Source: an uncultured beta proteobacterium
GTDB taxonomy: Bacteria; Pseudomonadota; Gammaproteobacteria; Burkholderiales; Usitatibacteraceae
Assembly (NCBI GenBank): GCA_963792865.1
Contig: CAWBYB010000004.1
Span: forward strand, 3,826-67,825
Length of the DNA stretch: 64,000 bases
Reading direction: 5' to 3'
This document shows positions 49,352-58,607 of this stretch, piece by piece. Position 1 is the first letter of the stretch, and the number at the start of each line of letters is the position of its first letter. Made by a program: the position numbers and the translations under genes. Under the pieces are notes generated by a model. That model ran no database searches and was not told where the DNA came from. It was given only the letters and a program-made list of their open reading frames with translations.

Positions 49352-52042
49352 ATGCGCGACGCCGTTCCCCAAGCCATCAGCCTCGAGGATTATTCGCCTC
49401 CGGCCTTCCTCATCGAGACGGTCGACCTCGAGGTCGACATCCGCTCCGCGCAGGCGACGGTGCGCTCGACGCTCAAGGTGGCGCGCAACCCGGCCCATCG
49501 GGCCGAGGGGGCGCCGCTGGTACTCGACGGCAGCGGGCTCGAGCTGCTCTCCGTCGCGATCGATGCGCGGGCGCTCGAGCCGTCGGAATATCGCGTGGAT
49601 GCCGCGCACCTCACGATCGCCTCGGTGCCCGACGCGTTCGTCCTCGAGACCGCGGTGCGCTTCGATCCCTGGAAGAACACCAAGCTCGAGGGTCTGTACG
49701 CGACCGCGAGCGGGCTCGTGACGCAATGCGAGGCGGAAGGCTTCCGGCACATCACCTATTTCGCCGATCGCCCGGACATCATGGCGCGCTACGCCGTCAC
49801 GCTGTGCGCCGACGCCGCGCGCTTCCCGCGCCTGCTCGCCAATGGCAACCTCGTGGCGCAGGGCGCCGGCGAGCCCGCGGGATGGTTCGCGCAGGCGCCG
49901 GGAAGCGCCGGGCGCCACTGGGCGAAGTGGGACGACCCGTTCCCGAAACCGAGCTACCTCTTCGCGATGGTGGCCGCGGATCTCGAGCTGCTCGAGGACC
50001 GCACCACGACGCGCTCGGGCAAGAGCGCCCTGCTGCAGCTCTACGTGGAGCCGGGCAAGCTCGACCAGGCCGGCTTCGCGATGCAGGCGCTCAAGAAATG
50101 CATGCGCTGGGACGAGGAGGTATTCGGGCTCGAGCTCGACCTCGAGCGCTTCATGATCGTCGCCGTGTCCGACTTCAACGCCGGGGCGATGGAGAACAAG
50201 GGCCTGAACATCTTCAACGCGAAATACATCCTCGCGCGCGCCGATACGGCCACCGACTGCGACTACTTCGGCGTCGACAAGGTGGTCGCCCACGAGTACT
50301 TCCACAACTGGACCGGCAACCGCGTCACCTGCCGCGACTGGTTCCAGCTCTCCCTGAAGGAAGGCCTCACCGTCTATCGCGACCAGGAATACAGCGCCTC
50401 GGAGTACTCGCGCCCGGTGGTGCGCATCCAGGAGGTGCGGGAGCTGCGCAACCACCAGTTTCCGGAGGACGCCGGGCCGATGGCGCACCCCGTGCGGCCC
50501 GAATCCTACGTCGAGGTGAGCAACTTCTACACCGCGACGGTGTACGAAAAGGGCGCGGAAGTCGTGCGCATGTACGCGACGATCCTGGGCAAGGACGGAT
50601 TCCGGCGCGGCATGGACCTGTACTTCCGGCGCCACGACGGCCAGGCGGTCACCTGCGACGACTTCCGGGCGGCGATGGCCGACGCCAACGGCGTGGAGCT
50701 GGGGCAGTTCGAACGGTGGTATTCGCAGGCCGGCACGCCGGTGGTCGACTGCCGCGGCGAGTACGACGCCGCCTCGCGGCGCTACGTCCTGCACCTGCGC
50801 CAGTCCTGCCCGCCCACGCCGGGCCAGCCGGCCAAGCGCCCGTTCGTGATTCCGATGGCCGTCGGCCTGGTGGATTCGCAGGGACACGACATGCCGCTGC
50901 ACGTCGAGGGCGGCACCGTGATCGAGACCCGCGGAAGCGGCTCCAGCGCGATCCTGCTCCTCACCGACGAGGAGCATCGCTACGTGTTCTCCGGGGTTTC
51001 CGAGGCGCCCGTGGCCTCCCTGCTGCGCGGCTTCTCGGCGCCGGTGCTGGTGCGCTGCGAGTACTCCGAAGCGCAGCTGATGCACCTGATGGCTTGCGAT
51101 TCCGACCCCTTCAATCGCTGGGAGGCCGGGCAGTCGCTCGCCACGCGCATCCTCCTGGCGGGCGTGGAGCGCATCCGTGCGGGCCGGCAGATGGACGTTC
51201 CCGCCGCCTACGCTGAAGCGATCGGCCGCACGCTCTCCGACGGATCGAAGGACCCGGCATTGGCGGCCGAGTGCCTGCAGCTGCCCTCGGAAGGCTATCT
51301 CGCCGAGTGCATGGAGGTCGCCGACCCGGATGCGATCCACGCGGCGCGCATGCACCTGCTGCGCGAGATCGCCACGCGCTATCGCACCCGCTTCGAGGGC
51401 GCGTTCCGGCATTTCTCGGGCGCCGGCCCGTACTCTCCCGACGCGGTCGCCTCGGGGCGCCGCGCGCTGCGCAACGTGGCGCTCGCGTACGTGAGCACCG
51501 CCGACGACGCCACCTCGCGCGCGCTCGCCTTCCTCGAATTCCGGCGCGCGGAGAACATGACCGACGCGATGGCCGCCCTCACGTGCCTCGCGAACTGCGC
51601 GGGCGCGGAGCGCGATCGCGCGCTCGCCATGTTCCACGACAAGTGGAAGGATGAGGCGCTGGTCATCGACAAATGGTTCCGAGTTCAGGCGTGCTCGTGG
51701 CTGCCGGGAACGCTGGATCGCGTGAAGGCCCTCGCCGCGCATCCGGCCTTCGACATCCGCAACCCCAATCGCGCCCGCGCGCTGCTGCACGCCTTCGCGA
51801 CGGAGAACCCGCTGCACTTCCACGCCGCCGACGGAAGCGGCTATCGGTGGATCGCCGAGCAGGTGGTGGCGCTGGATCGCCTCAACCCGAACGTCGCTTC
51901 CCGGCTCGCGCGCGCGTTCGATCGCTGGAAGAAGTTCGATGCCGGCCGGCAGGCGCACGCCCGAAGCGCGCTCGAGTCCATCCGCTCGGCCGATGGCCTC
52001 TCGGGCAACGTCGCCGAGGTCGTGGGGCGCGCGCTCGACTAG
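49352..52042 (+). CDS. pepN: Aminopeptidase N
   Basis: TQCEAEGFR, GAMENKG, HEYFHNWTGNRVT...KEG, YEKGAE, NPNRAR. Confidence 0.97.
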   Translation: MRDAVPQAISLEDYSPPAFLIETVDLEVDIRSAQATVRSTLKVARNPAHRAEGAPLVLDGSGLELLSVAIDARALEPSEYRVDAAHLTIASVPDAFVLETAVRFDPWKNTKLEGLYATASGLVTQCEAEGFRHITYFADRPDIMARYAVTLCADAARFPRLLANGNLVAQGAGEPAGWFAQAPGSAGRHWAKWDDPFPKPSYLFAMVAADLELLEDRTTTRSGKSALLQLYVEPGKLDQAGFAMQALKKCMRWDEEVFGLELDLERFMIVAVSDFNAGAMENKGLNIFNAKYILARADTATDCDYFGVDKVVAHEYFHNWTGNRVTCRDWFQLSLKEGLTVYRDQEYSASEYSRPVVRIQEVRELRNHQFPEDAGPMAHPVRPESYVEVSNFYTATVYEKGAEVVRMYATILGKDGFRRGMDLYFRRHDGQAVTCDDFRAAMADANGVELGQFERWYSQAGTPVVDCRGEYDAASRRYVLHLRQSCPPTPGQPAKRPFVIPMAVGLVDSQGHDMPLHVEGGTVIETRGSGSSAILLLTDEEHRYVFSGVSEAPVASLLRGFSAPVLVRCEYSEAQLMHLMACDSDPFNRWEAGQSLATRILLAGVERIRAGRQMDVPAAYAEAIGRTLSDGSKDPALAAECLQLPSEGYLAECMEVADPDAIHAARMHLLREIATRYRTRFEGAFRHFSGAGPYSPDAVASGRRALRNVALAYVSTADDATSRALAFLEFRRAENMTDAMAALTCLANCAGAERDRALAMFHDKWKDEALVIDKWFRVQACSWLPGTLDRVKALAAHPAFDIRNPNRARALLHAFATENPLHFHAADGSGYRWIAEQVVALDRLNPNVASRLARAFDRWKKFDAGRQAHARSALESIRSADGLSGNVAEVVGRALD

Positions 52043-52052
52043 CGCGCCAACG

Positions 52053-52077
52053 AAAACGGCCGCCCGAGGGCGGCCGT
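52053..52077 (-). terminator. Intrinsic terminator between the convergent pepN and small ORF
   Basis: Stem ACGGCCGCC-cgag-GGCGGCCGT with an A-tract at 52053-52056 (U-tail on the minus strand). Confidence 0.7.
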
Positions 52078-52099
52078 CGTCGGGCACAGCCGGGACGGA

Positions 52100-52228
52100 T
52101 CAGTTCTTCTTGATCGTCTCGAGCATCTTGAAGATGCCCTTGGGGGCGCCGTGGAAGAGGCGCTTGAACGCTTTCGGCAGGCAGCGGCGCTCGAGGGTAT
52201 TGCGGCGGACTCGTTTGCGTTCGGCCAT
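52100..52228 (-). CDS. Small basic protein, 42 aa (MAERKRVRRNTLERRCLPKAFKRLFHGAPKGIFKMLETIKKN)
   Basis: GGAG RBS, TATAAT at 52253-52258 (minus), own terminator, host-like codons. Confidence 0.65.
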   Translation of the reverse strand: MAERKRVRRNTLERRCLPKAFKRLFHGAPKGIFKMLETIKKN

Positions 52229-52271
52229 GAAGATCTCCAATGAGAACCGCTCATTATACCGGAGCGAGGCC

Positions 52272-53186
52272 TCAATCGAGCGGCTTCGGCTTGCCGTCGA
52301 CGATCTGGGCGGCGAGGCTCTGCCCATCCGGCATCACGAGCTGGCCGCGCGCGCGCTCCAGGCCCGACTCGAACGTGCCCTCGAAGCGGGTGCCGTCGGT
52401 GAGCCACAGGATGCCCTTGCCGTGGGGACTGCCCTGCCGCACTTCCCCCTGGTAGCGCACGCCGGTGTGGTAGCGAAAGGTCCCCTGCCCGGAGATCGCG
52501 CCCGCCACGATCTCGCCATCGTAGACATCGCCGTTCGCGAACCGATAGGTCCCCAGGCCGCTCGCCCTGCCGTCCACGAAGTCCGCCTCGAGGCTGTCGC
52601 CGTTGCTCCAATAGAAGCGGCCGTGACCCTCGATGCGGCCGCGGTCCATCTCGCCTTCGTAGCGGTCGCCGCCGTGGAAGCGATAGACCCCCACGCCCTG
52701 GGGCTTGCCCGCGACGAACGGGCCGTCGAACGAATCCCCGACCTTCGTCGTATACCGCCCCCGCCCCGCGATGGCGCCCGCCTTCACCTCGCCGTCGTAT
52801 ACGTCGCCGTTCGCGAGCCGGAAGCGGCCGGCGCCGTCGGGCTGGTCGCCGCGGAACTGCCCCTCGTATCGATCGCCGTTCGTCCAGGTGCAGGTGCCCT
52901 GCCCCTGCTTCACCCCGTCGCGGAAATCCCCGCTGTAGGTGAAGGCCTTCGTGATGATCTCGCCGCGCCCGTGGGGAATGGAGCCGCGCACCGCGCCGCG
53001 ATACACGGTGCCGTCGGTGAAGATCAGCTCACGCATTCCGGGCGCGAGAACGGGCGCGGGAGGCACCCCGATGGCGCGCGCGCATTCGCGATAGCCCAGG
53101 ATCGCAGCCGCCAGGACCAGCGCCATGAGCAGCGGCGGCGCACGCCTCGGCGGCGGCGCCACTTGAACGGCGGGTGGCGAGCTCAC
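52272..53186 (-). CDS. MORN-repeat protein with an N-terminal hydrophobic segment
   Basis: About ten 23-aa repeats YxGxxxxGxxxGxGxxxxxxGDx; GTGA overlap with the regulator stop (alternative ATG at 53126). Confidence 0.85.
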   Translation of the reverse strand: MSSPPAVQVAPPPRRAPPLLMALVLAAAILGYRECARAIGVPPAPVLAPGMRELIFTDGTVYRGAVRGSIPHGRGEIITKAFTYSGDFRDGVKQGQGTCTWTNGDRYEGQFRGDQPDGAGRFRLANGDVYDGEVKAGAIAGRGRYTTKVGDSFDGPFVAGKPQGVGVYRFHGGDRYEGEMDRGRIEGHGRFYWSNGDSLEADFVDGRASGLGTYRFANGDVYDGEIVAGAISGQGTFRYHTGVRYQGEVRQGSPHGKGILWLTDGTRFEGTFESGLERARGQLVMPDGQSLAAQIVDGKPKPLD

Positions 53187-54577
53187 TCCAGCTTGTGGCG
53201 CTTGATCTTGCGCCAGAGCGTGGACTTGTCGATGCCCAGGATGTCCGCGGTCGCGGCCCGGTTGCCGTTGTTCTCCCGCAGGGTCTTGGCGATGAAGAGC
53301 GCCTCGACTTCCTCCAGGCTTTGCGGGGAGGCGTTGTCCAGGGAATGCAGGCGCGGCTCCCTTTCCTCGAGCAGCTCCGCGGGCACCGAATCCACGTCGA
53401 GGATCTCGCCGGGAGCGAGGATCAGCATGCGCTGCACCACGTTCTCGAGCTCGCGGCCGTTGCCCGGCCAGTCGTGGCGCACCAGCGCGGCGAGCGCGTG
53501 GGTGCTGAATCCCCGCGCCGGCTTGCCCAGCCGGGCGGCATGCTTGGCGAGGAAGTAGCTCGCGAGCACCGGGATGTCGCCACGGCGCTCGCGCAGCGGC
53601 GGCAGGTGGACCTCGAGCACCTTGAGCCGATAGTAGAGGTCCATGCGAAACTCGCCCGCGCTCACCAGCTCGGGCAGCGGCCGGTTCGTCGCGGCCAGCA
53701 GGCGCACGTCGGTGCGCCGGGGCTCCGTGCTGCCCATCCGGAAGAACGAGCCGTCCTGCAGCACGCGCAGCAGCTTGGCCTGCAGCGAGGCCGGGGCGTT
53801 GTTGATCTCGTCCAGGCACAGGGTGCCGCCGTCGGCAACCTCGAACAACCCCGGCTTCGAGCGTCCGGCGCCCGTGAACGCCCCCGCCTGGTAGCCGAAC
53901 AGCTCGCTTTCGATGAGGCTGTCGGGAATCGCGGCGCAATTGATCGCGACGAAGGACTGGTCGCGCCGGCGGCTGAGGTCGTGGATCATCCGCGAGACGA
54001 TCTCCTTGCCGGTGCCCGACTCTCCCGTGATCAGCACCGCGCAGTCGTAGCCGGCGAACACCTCCACGAGGCGGCGCGCCTCGTCGATCGCCGGGCTCTT
54101 GCCCACGAGCCCGTCGCTTTCCCCGTGTGCGCGGCGCGACTCCCGCAGGCGGTGGTTCTCGCGATTGAGCAGCGCGTACTGCAGGGCGCGCTCGATGGTT
54201 CGCCGCAGGTCGTCGGGCTCGAAGGGCTTGCGCAGGTAGTCGTAGGCGCCCGACTTGAGCGCTTCCACCGCCGACTCTATGGTCCCGTGGCCGGTGATCA
54301 GCACGACCTCGGTGAGCGGGTTGCACTGCTTGGCGAATTTCAGCACGCGCAGGCCGTCGGCGTGCGGCATGCGCAGGTCCGTGAGCACCACCGCGACGTC
54401 CTGCTTCTCGAGCATATCGCCCGCGATGGCCGCGTTGCGTGCCGTCACCACCACCGCGGGCAGGGGCTCCAGCACCTCGGTGAGCAGGGTGCGCATCGCA
54501 TCGTCGTCCTCTACCACGAGGACCACGGCGCGCGCCGCCGCCCCGGGACGCAGCTCAGGCGTCAGCGCAGTGGCCAT
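53183..54577 (-). CDS. Sigma-54-dependent response regulator (NtrC/AtoC/ZraR type)
   Basis: REC (VEDD, TDLRMP), GESGTGKE, GAFTGA, WPGNGRELEN, Fis-type HTH. Confidence 0.95.
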   Translation of the reverse strand: MATALTPELRPGAAARAVVLVVEDDDAMRTLLTEVLEPLPAVVVTARNAAIAGDMLEKQDVAVVLTDLRMPHADGLRVLKFAKQCNPLTEVVLITGHGTIESAVEALKSGAYDYLRKPFEPDDLRRTIERALQYALLNRENHRLRESRRAHGESDGLVGKSPAIDEARRLVEVFAGYDCAVLITGESGTGKEIVSRMIHDLSRRRDQSFVAINCAAIPDSLIESELFGYQAGAFTGAGRSKPGLFEVADGGTLCLDEINNAPASLQAKLLRVLQDGSFFRMGSTEPRRTDVRLLAATNRPLPELVSAGEFRMDLYYRLKVLEVHLPPLRERRGDIPVLASYFLAKHAARLGKPARGFSTHALAALVRHDWPGNGRELENVVQRMLILAPGEILDVDSVPAELLEEREPRLHSLDNASPQSLEEVEALFIAKTLRENNGNRAATADILGIDKSTLWRKIKRHKLE

Positions 54578-56009
54578 GGAGTACGGCTTCGGCAAGGGGC
54601 AGCTTGAGGACGAACCGCGCCCCGCCGCGGTAGGTGGAATCGCAATGCAGCGTGCCGCCGATTCCCATGACGATCGACTGGCTGATCGCGAGGCCCAGCC
54701 CCGTACCCTCGCTGCCCCCCTTCGTCGTGAAGAACGGATTGAACACGCGGCTGTGAACCCCCGCGGGAATGCCCGGCCCGTTGTCGGTGACCGTCACCAC
54801 CGCGCTCGCACCTTCCACCCGGGTCCCGACCACCACCCGAGGGCGCGGAATGGCGCCGGCGCTCGCCTGCAGGGCATTCGTGATCACGTTCACCAGCACG
54901 ATGTCGAGCTGGCCGGAGCCGCCCAGCACGGGCGGGCTCTCGCACAGGTCCACCTCGATCGGCACGTTGAAGTTGTTGCGCCGGCAATCGCAGATGGTCG
55001 CGACGACGTCCCGGATCACCACGTTGATGTCGCAGGTCTCCGGCGCGCAGCGCTCCTTGCGCGCGTAGGTCAGCAGGCTGTCGATGATCCGCGCGCAACG
55101 CTTCGCTTCGCTGTAGATCGCCTGGCCGTACTGCGCGCGTTTCGCCTCGCTCGTGCCGCCGGCGTTCAGCAGCTGGGCATAGCCCACGATGGTCCCGAGC
55201 GGGGTGTTGAGCTCGTGCGCGACGCCGCCCGCGAGCTGTCCCATGGCGACGTATTTCTCCGACTGGTGGGTCACCTCCTGAAGGCGCCGGTAGTCGGTGA
55301 CGTCCTGGAGCATGAGGACGGCGCACGGATCCCGCGCGTCCGGGGAATGCTTGAAGAAAGTGACGCTCAACGTGAAGTGGCGCCTCGCCTCCGCGTCGCC
55401 GAGCACGATCTCGCGATTGCTCACCTGCTGCTCGTACAGGAAGGCCTCGCGCAGCAGCTCCCTGCCCTCGTCGTCGAGCTTCAGCAGGTCGAAGAGGTTG
55501 CGGCCCCGCAGGTCGGTCCCCGCGAGCCCGAAGAGGGCCTCCGCGCGATCGTTCGACGTGGTCACGCAGAAATCGACGTCCACGGCGAGCATCACGCAGG
55601 GCAATCCGCGCAGGATGGCATCGTAGCGGTTGCGCTCCCCGATGATCCAGAGTTGCGAGCGCTCCATCTCCTCGAACAGGGTGCTCAGCCGCTGCGCGAG
55701 GACGTTGTAGTCCGCGACGATGGTTCCGGGGTATGACTGCCCGGGACGATCCGCCGGCTCCAGGTGGCCTTCCAGCGCGCGGCGAATCGCGCGATGCAGC
55801 AACGGCAGGTTGCGATTCCCGGCGCGGAACCCCATGGCCAGGCCGACCGCCAGGGAAATCGCGATGGCGAAAGGGCCGAGCAACCGGCCGGGTAAGGGCA
55901 GGCTCGCCCAGGTCGCCCACGAGACCACGGCGAGGACCAGTGCCACGCCGACAGCCAGCACCAGCGGCCAGACGGGCGCGCGCGCGCGTTCCACGCGCGC
56001 CGGCACCAT
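54555..56009 (-). CDS. PAS-domain sensor histidine kinase
   Basis: Two TM helices, PAS, GVAHELNTP H-box, NVITNA, DNGPG, PFFTTK, GTGLGL. Confidence 0.92.
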   Translation of the reverse strand: MVPARVERARAPVWPLVLAVGVALVLAVVSWATWASLPLPGRLLGPFAIAISLAVGLAMGFRAGNRNLPLLHRAIRRALEGHLEPADRPGQSYPGTIVADYNVLAQRLSTLFEEMERSQLWIIGERNRYDAILRGLPCVMLAVDVDFCVTTSNDRAEALFGLAGTDLRGRNLFDLLKLDDEGRELLREAFLYEQQVSNREIVLGDAEARRHFTLSVTFFKHSPDARDPCAVLMLQDVTDYRRLQEVTHQSEKYVAMGQLAGGVAHELNTPLGTIVGYAQLLNAGGTSEAKRAQYGQAIYSEAKRCARIIDSLLTYARKERCAPETCDINVVIRDVVATICDCRRNNFNVPIEVDLCESPPVLGGSGQLDIVLVNVITNALQASAGAIPRPRVVVGTRVEGASAVVTVTDNGPGIPAGVHSRVFNPFFTTKGGSEGTGLGLAISQSIVMGIGGTLHCDSTYRGGARFVLKLPLAEAVLHGHCADA

Positions 56010-56224
56010 GCCCTCGATCAGATCGCCACTGGCCCGCAAGAAACCTCCCCCCGCTCTCGACGGCGCGGCGCGGGACGATCCTGGTATTGTTCCCTGCGAA
56101 TCCCCCGGCCGGCGACGCAACAAGTCACCCGAGACGGATCCATTAAATCATATCGGCGCGGAGCCGGATGAGGGGCGGCGGAGGGCCCGCGACCCGGGGC
56201 GCGGGCGCGCCCGGCGCTCGCCGC

Positions 56225-57337
56225 TCACTTCCCTTGGACCGAAAGCGATGGGCGCAGCCGCGCCATCGAACGCCCCACCCACTGGATGGCTCCCCAGACG
56301 ATGAGCACGCCGACCAGTATCGCGCTGCCAAGCGCCAGCCAGCCGGGCAGGATGGGCGTGAGGCCCGTGGCCAGGTCGCCGAACTCGAGGCTGGTCAGGG
56401 GATCCAGCTTGGGCCGGTAATCCACGAGCAGGAGATTCACCACCCAGCCCGCGAGAATGGACAGGGAGACGACTCCGCCCACGTAGATGGCCACGGTCCG
56501 CGTGCCGAGCACCCGCTGCAGCGCGATGATCTCCGGCAGGTTGGTCGCCGCCCCGGTCACCAGGAACACGATCGCCGCGCCGGGGCCGGCGCCCGCGGCG
56601 AGCATCGCGGCGACCAGCGGGATATGCGCCACCGCGCAGACGTAGATGCTGGCGCCGAAGAGCGCGACCATCAGCAGCGAGGCAAGCGGCGCGGCGCCTC
56701 CCAGGTGGCTCGAGATCCAGCCGGAAGGAGCGAGGACCCCGAGCAGTCCCGCGAGCACGATGCCGATCCCGATGTAGAAGCCGAGCGTCGGGCCCAGCTC
56801 CCCGAACCCCCACTTGAAGGCGCGCGTCAGGCGCGCGCCCAGGCTCGCGGCGGAGGCAGGCCGGGACGCGGCGGGCTCGGAGCAGCAGCACGATTGCAGG
56901 CGCACCGCGGTCGGATTCATGCCCGTGTCGCCCCACCTCTCGGCCATGTAGCCCACGACGATCGGCGCGCTCAGCCCGAAGATCACGTAGGCGAGGGTGA
57001 GCTGCGGGCCGAGCAGCGCATAGGACAGGACGACGGCGGCCGGATTGATCACCGGCGTCGCGATGGTGAACGCGATGACGGCGGCCAGCCGCACGCCGCC
57101 CAGGAAGAAGCTCACCGCCAGGGGGATCACGCCGCAACTGCAGATCGGCAGCGTGGCGCCCAGCGCCATGCTGGCGAGCACGCCCGCGCCGCCCGACTCG
57201 CGCATCGCCCGCTGGACCCTTCCGGTGTCCATGAACTCATGGATGAGCCCACCCGCCAGGAGGCTCACGAGAATCCAGAACCCGGCCTCCTGCAGCAGAC
57301 CGGCGGCCAGCAGTGCCATTTCGCGAAGGACTTGCAT
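56225..57337 (-). CDS. DUF318 / ArsP-family permease
   Basis: LPICSCGVIP, ATPVINP, IYVCAVAHIP, FLVTGAATN; extra SCCCS in the central loop. Confidence 0.88.
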   Translation of the reverse strand: MQVLREMALLAAGLLQEAGFWILVSLLAGGLIHEFMDTGRVQRAMRESGGAGVLASMALGATLPICSCGVIPLAVSFFLGGVRLAAVIAFTIATPVINPAAVVLSYALLGPQLTLAYVIFGLSAPIVVGYMAERWGDTGMNPTAVRLQSCCCSEPAASRPASAASLGARLTRAFKWGFGELGPTLGFYIGIGIVLAGLLGVLAPSGWISSHLGGAAPLASLLMVALFGASIYVCAVAHIPLVAAMLAAGAGPGAAIVFLVTGAATNLPEIIALQRVLGTRTVAIYVGGVVSLSILAGWVVNLLLVDYRPKLDPLTSLEFGDLATGLTPILPGWLALGSAILVGVLIVWGAIQWVGRSMARLRPSLSVQGK

Positions 57338-57368
57338 CAGCGCGCCATTGCCGTCGCGGCCATTCCGG

Positions 57369-57806
57369 TCACCCGGCGCGGCGCTCGAGAGCGCCCAACT
57401 GGGCGAACGCGGTCCTCAACTCGGCCTCCAGGTCGTGCATCAGGTCGGCGGGACACATGAGCCGCCCGCCCGACTGGCACTGCGAGGCGGCGTTCAGCAG
57501 GGCGTTCGTGAGGATCATCGAGCGTTGCAGCTGGAGCAGCCCGGGCGGCGGATTGGGGATGGCGCGCACGATCTCGCGCAGCCGCTCCCGATGCGCCTCG
57601 ATCTCGCGCCGGAAATCGGCAGCGCTCGCATGTTCCTTGGCCTCCCTCGCGAGGACCGCCGATCGCTCGATCCATGCGCGCTCCGCCAGCAGCGTTCGCT
57701 TGGCCAGGGCCTGGCGCACAGGAATCCACGCCAGCAGGCAGGTCGCGGCCGCCATGATCCATCGCCGCCGGGCCGGGCGCCGCGGGCCCGTGGTCCGGGA
57801 AAGCAC
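57369..57806 (-). CDS. Small exported helical protein of unknown function
   Basis: RRRWIMAAATCLLAW...ALA (Tat/Sec-like signal), amphipathic helices, CQSGGRLMC; start uncertain. Confidence 0.55.
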   Translation of the reverse strand: MLSRTTGPRRPARRRWIMAAATCLLAWIPVRQALAKRTLLAERAWIERSAVLAREAKEHASAADFRREIEAHRERLREIVRAIPNPPPGLLQLQRSMILTNALLNAASQCQSGGRLMCPADLMHDLEAELRTAFAQLGALERRAG

Positions 57807-57844
57807 GCCGCCCCGATGCGCGTGCGAGAGAAGCGCGATCCGCT

Positions 57845-58576
57845 TCAGGACGGGCGTTGGCCGAAACGACGCGCATCCTCCGCCGCATACGAGGCGACGG
57901 CCTTGTCGGCCTTGCAGCTCGCGCCGAGCCTCGCGACCACCTCCCCGAGCTTGCTCACGGGGATCGCGCACGTCATCTCGTTGTTCGTCATGCCCGTTCG
58001 CGTGCGGCTCAGCATGCACCCGACGCTGAGCGCCACCTGCCCCATCTCCTTGGCGATCGGGATGATGTGGCATTGCGGCTTGCCTTCGAAGCGGATGTCG
58101 GGCATCGCATCATGCAGCGACATGGCCTGCTTCCCGTTGACCCGCAGGAAGACGACATCGGGATCGAACTTCGTGTCGCCGAGCGGTCCGTAGACCACGC
58201 ACTTCGGGCGCTGCTTCACCACCGGGATGCCGGGAAACATCTCCGGGGCGACCCATTGGGCCTCGACCAGGGCCTTCACGTCGGACTTCGTCGCCGCCGC
58301 GTCGAGCCCGACGAACCCGTGCGTGAGGCTGCCCACGCTGCAATTGGCATGGTCCTCGGCACAGGTGTGGAACGTGCGGTCGACGGCCTTCATCCAGAAC
58401 ACGCACCCCGCCGATACCTTCCCCGTGCGCCCATCGGACGTCGGCTGCGGCATGGCGCCCTCGTAGCGCGGCATCCCCGCCGGCTCCTCCTGCGTGAACG
58501 TGATCGCCAGCGGTGGCGAGCCCAGCGTCAGCAGGTCGGTCAATGCGCCTGCAATGGCCTTGTAGTCGTGCTTCAT
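57845..58576 (-). CDS. DUF169-family protein
   Basis: GCVFW, HANCSVG, YGPL...PDVV, PQC, SVGCMLSR...EM...IP; AGGAG RBS. Confidence 0.8.
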   Translation of the reverse strand: MKHDYKAIAGALTDLLTLGSPPLAITFTQEEPAGMPRYEGAMPQPTSDGRTGKVSAGCVFWMKAVDRTFHTCAEDHANCSVGSLTHGFVGLDAAATKSDVKALVEAQWVAPEMFPGIPVVKQRPKCVVYGPLGDTKFDPDVVFLRVNGKQAMSLHDAMPDIRFEGKPQCHIIPIAKEMGQVALSVGCMLSRTRTGMTNNEMTCAIPVSKLGEVVARLGASCKADKAVASYAAEDARRFGQRPS

Positions 58577-58607
58577 GTAGTGGCTCCTGTTCCGTCGCCT
58601 TGCGAAG

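Noticed and set aside
52272-54326. 684-aa MORN ORF with a long N-terminal extension
   Set aside because: The extension is an off-frame shadow of the response regulator; the real start is at or after 53186.
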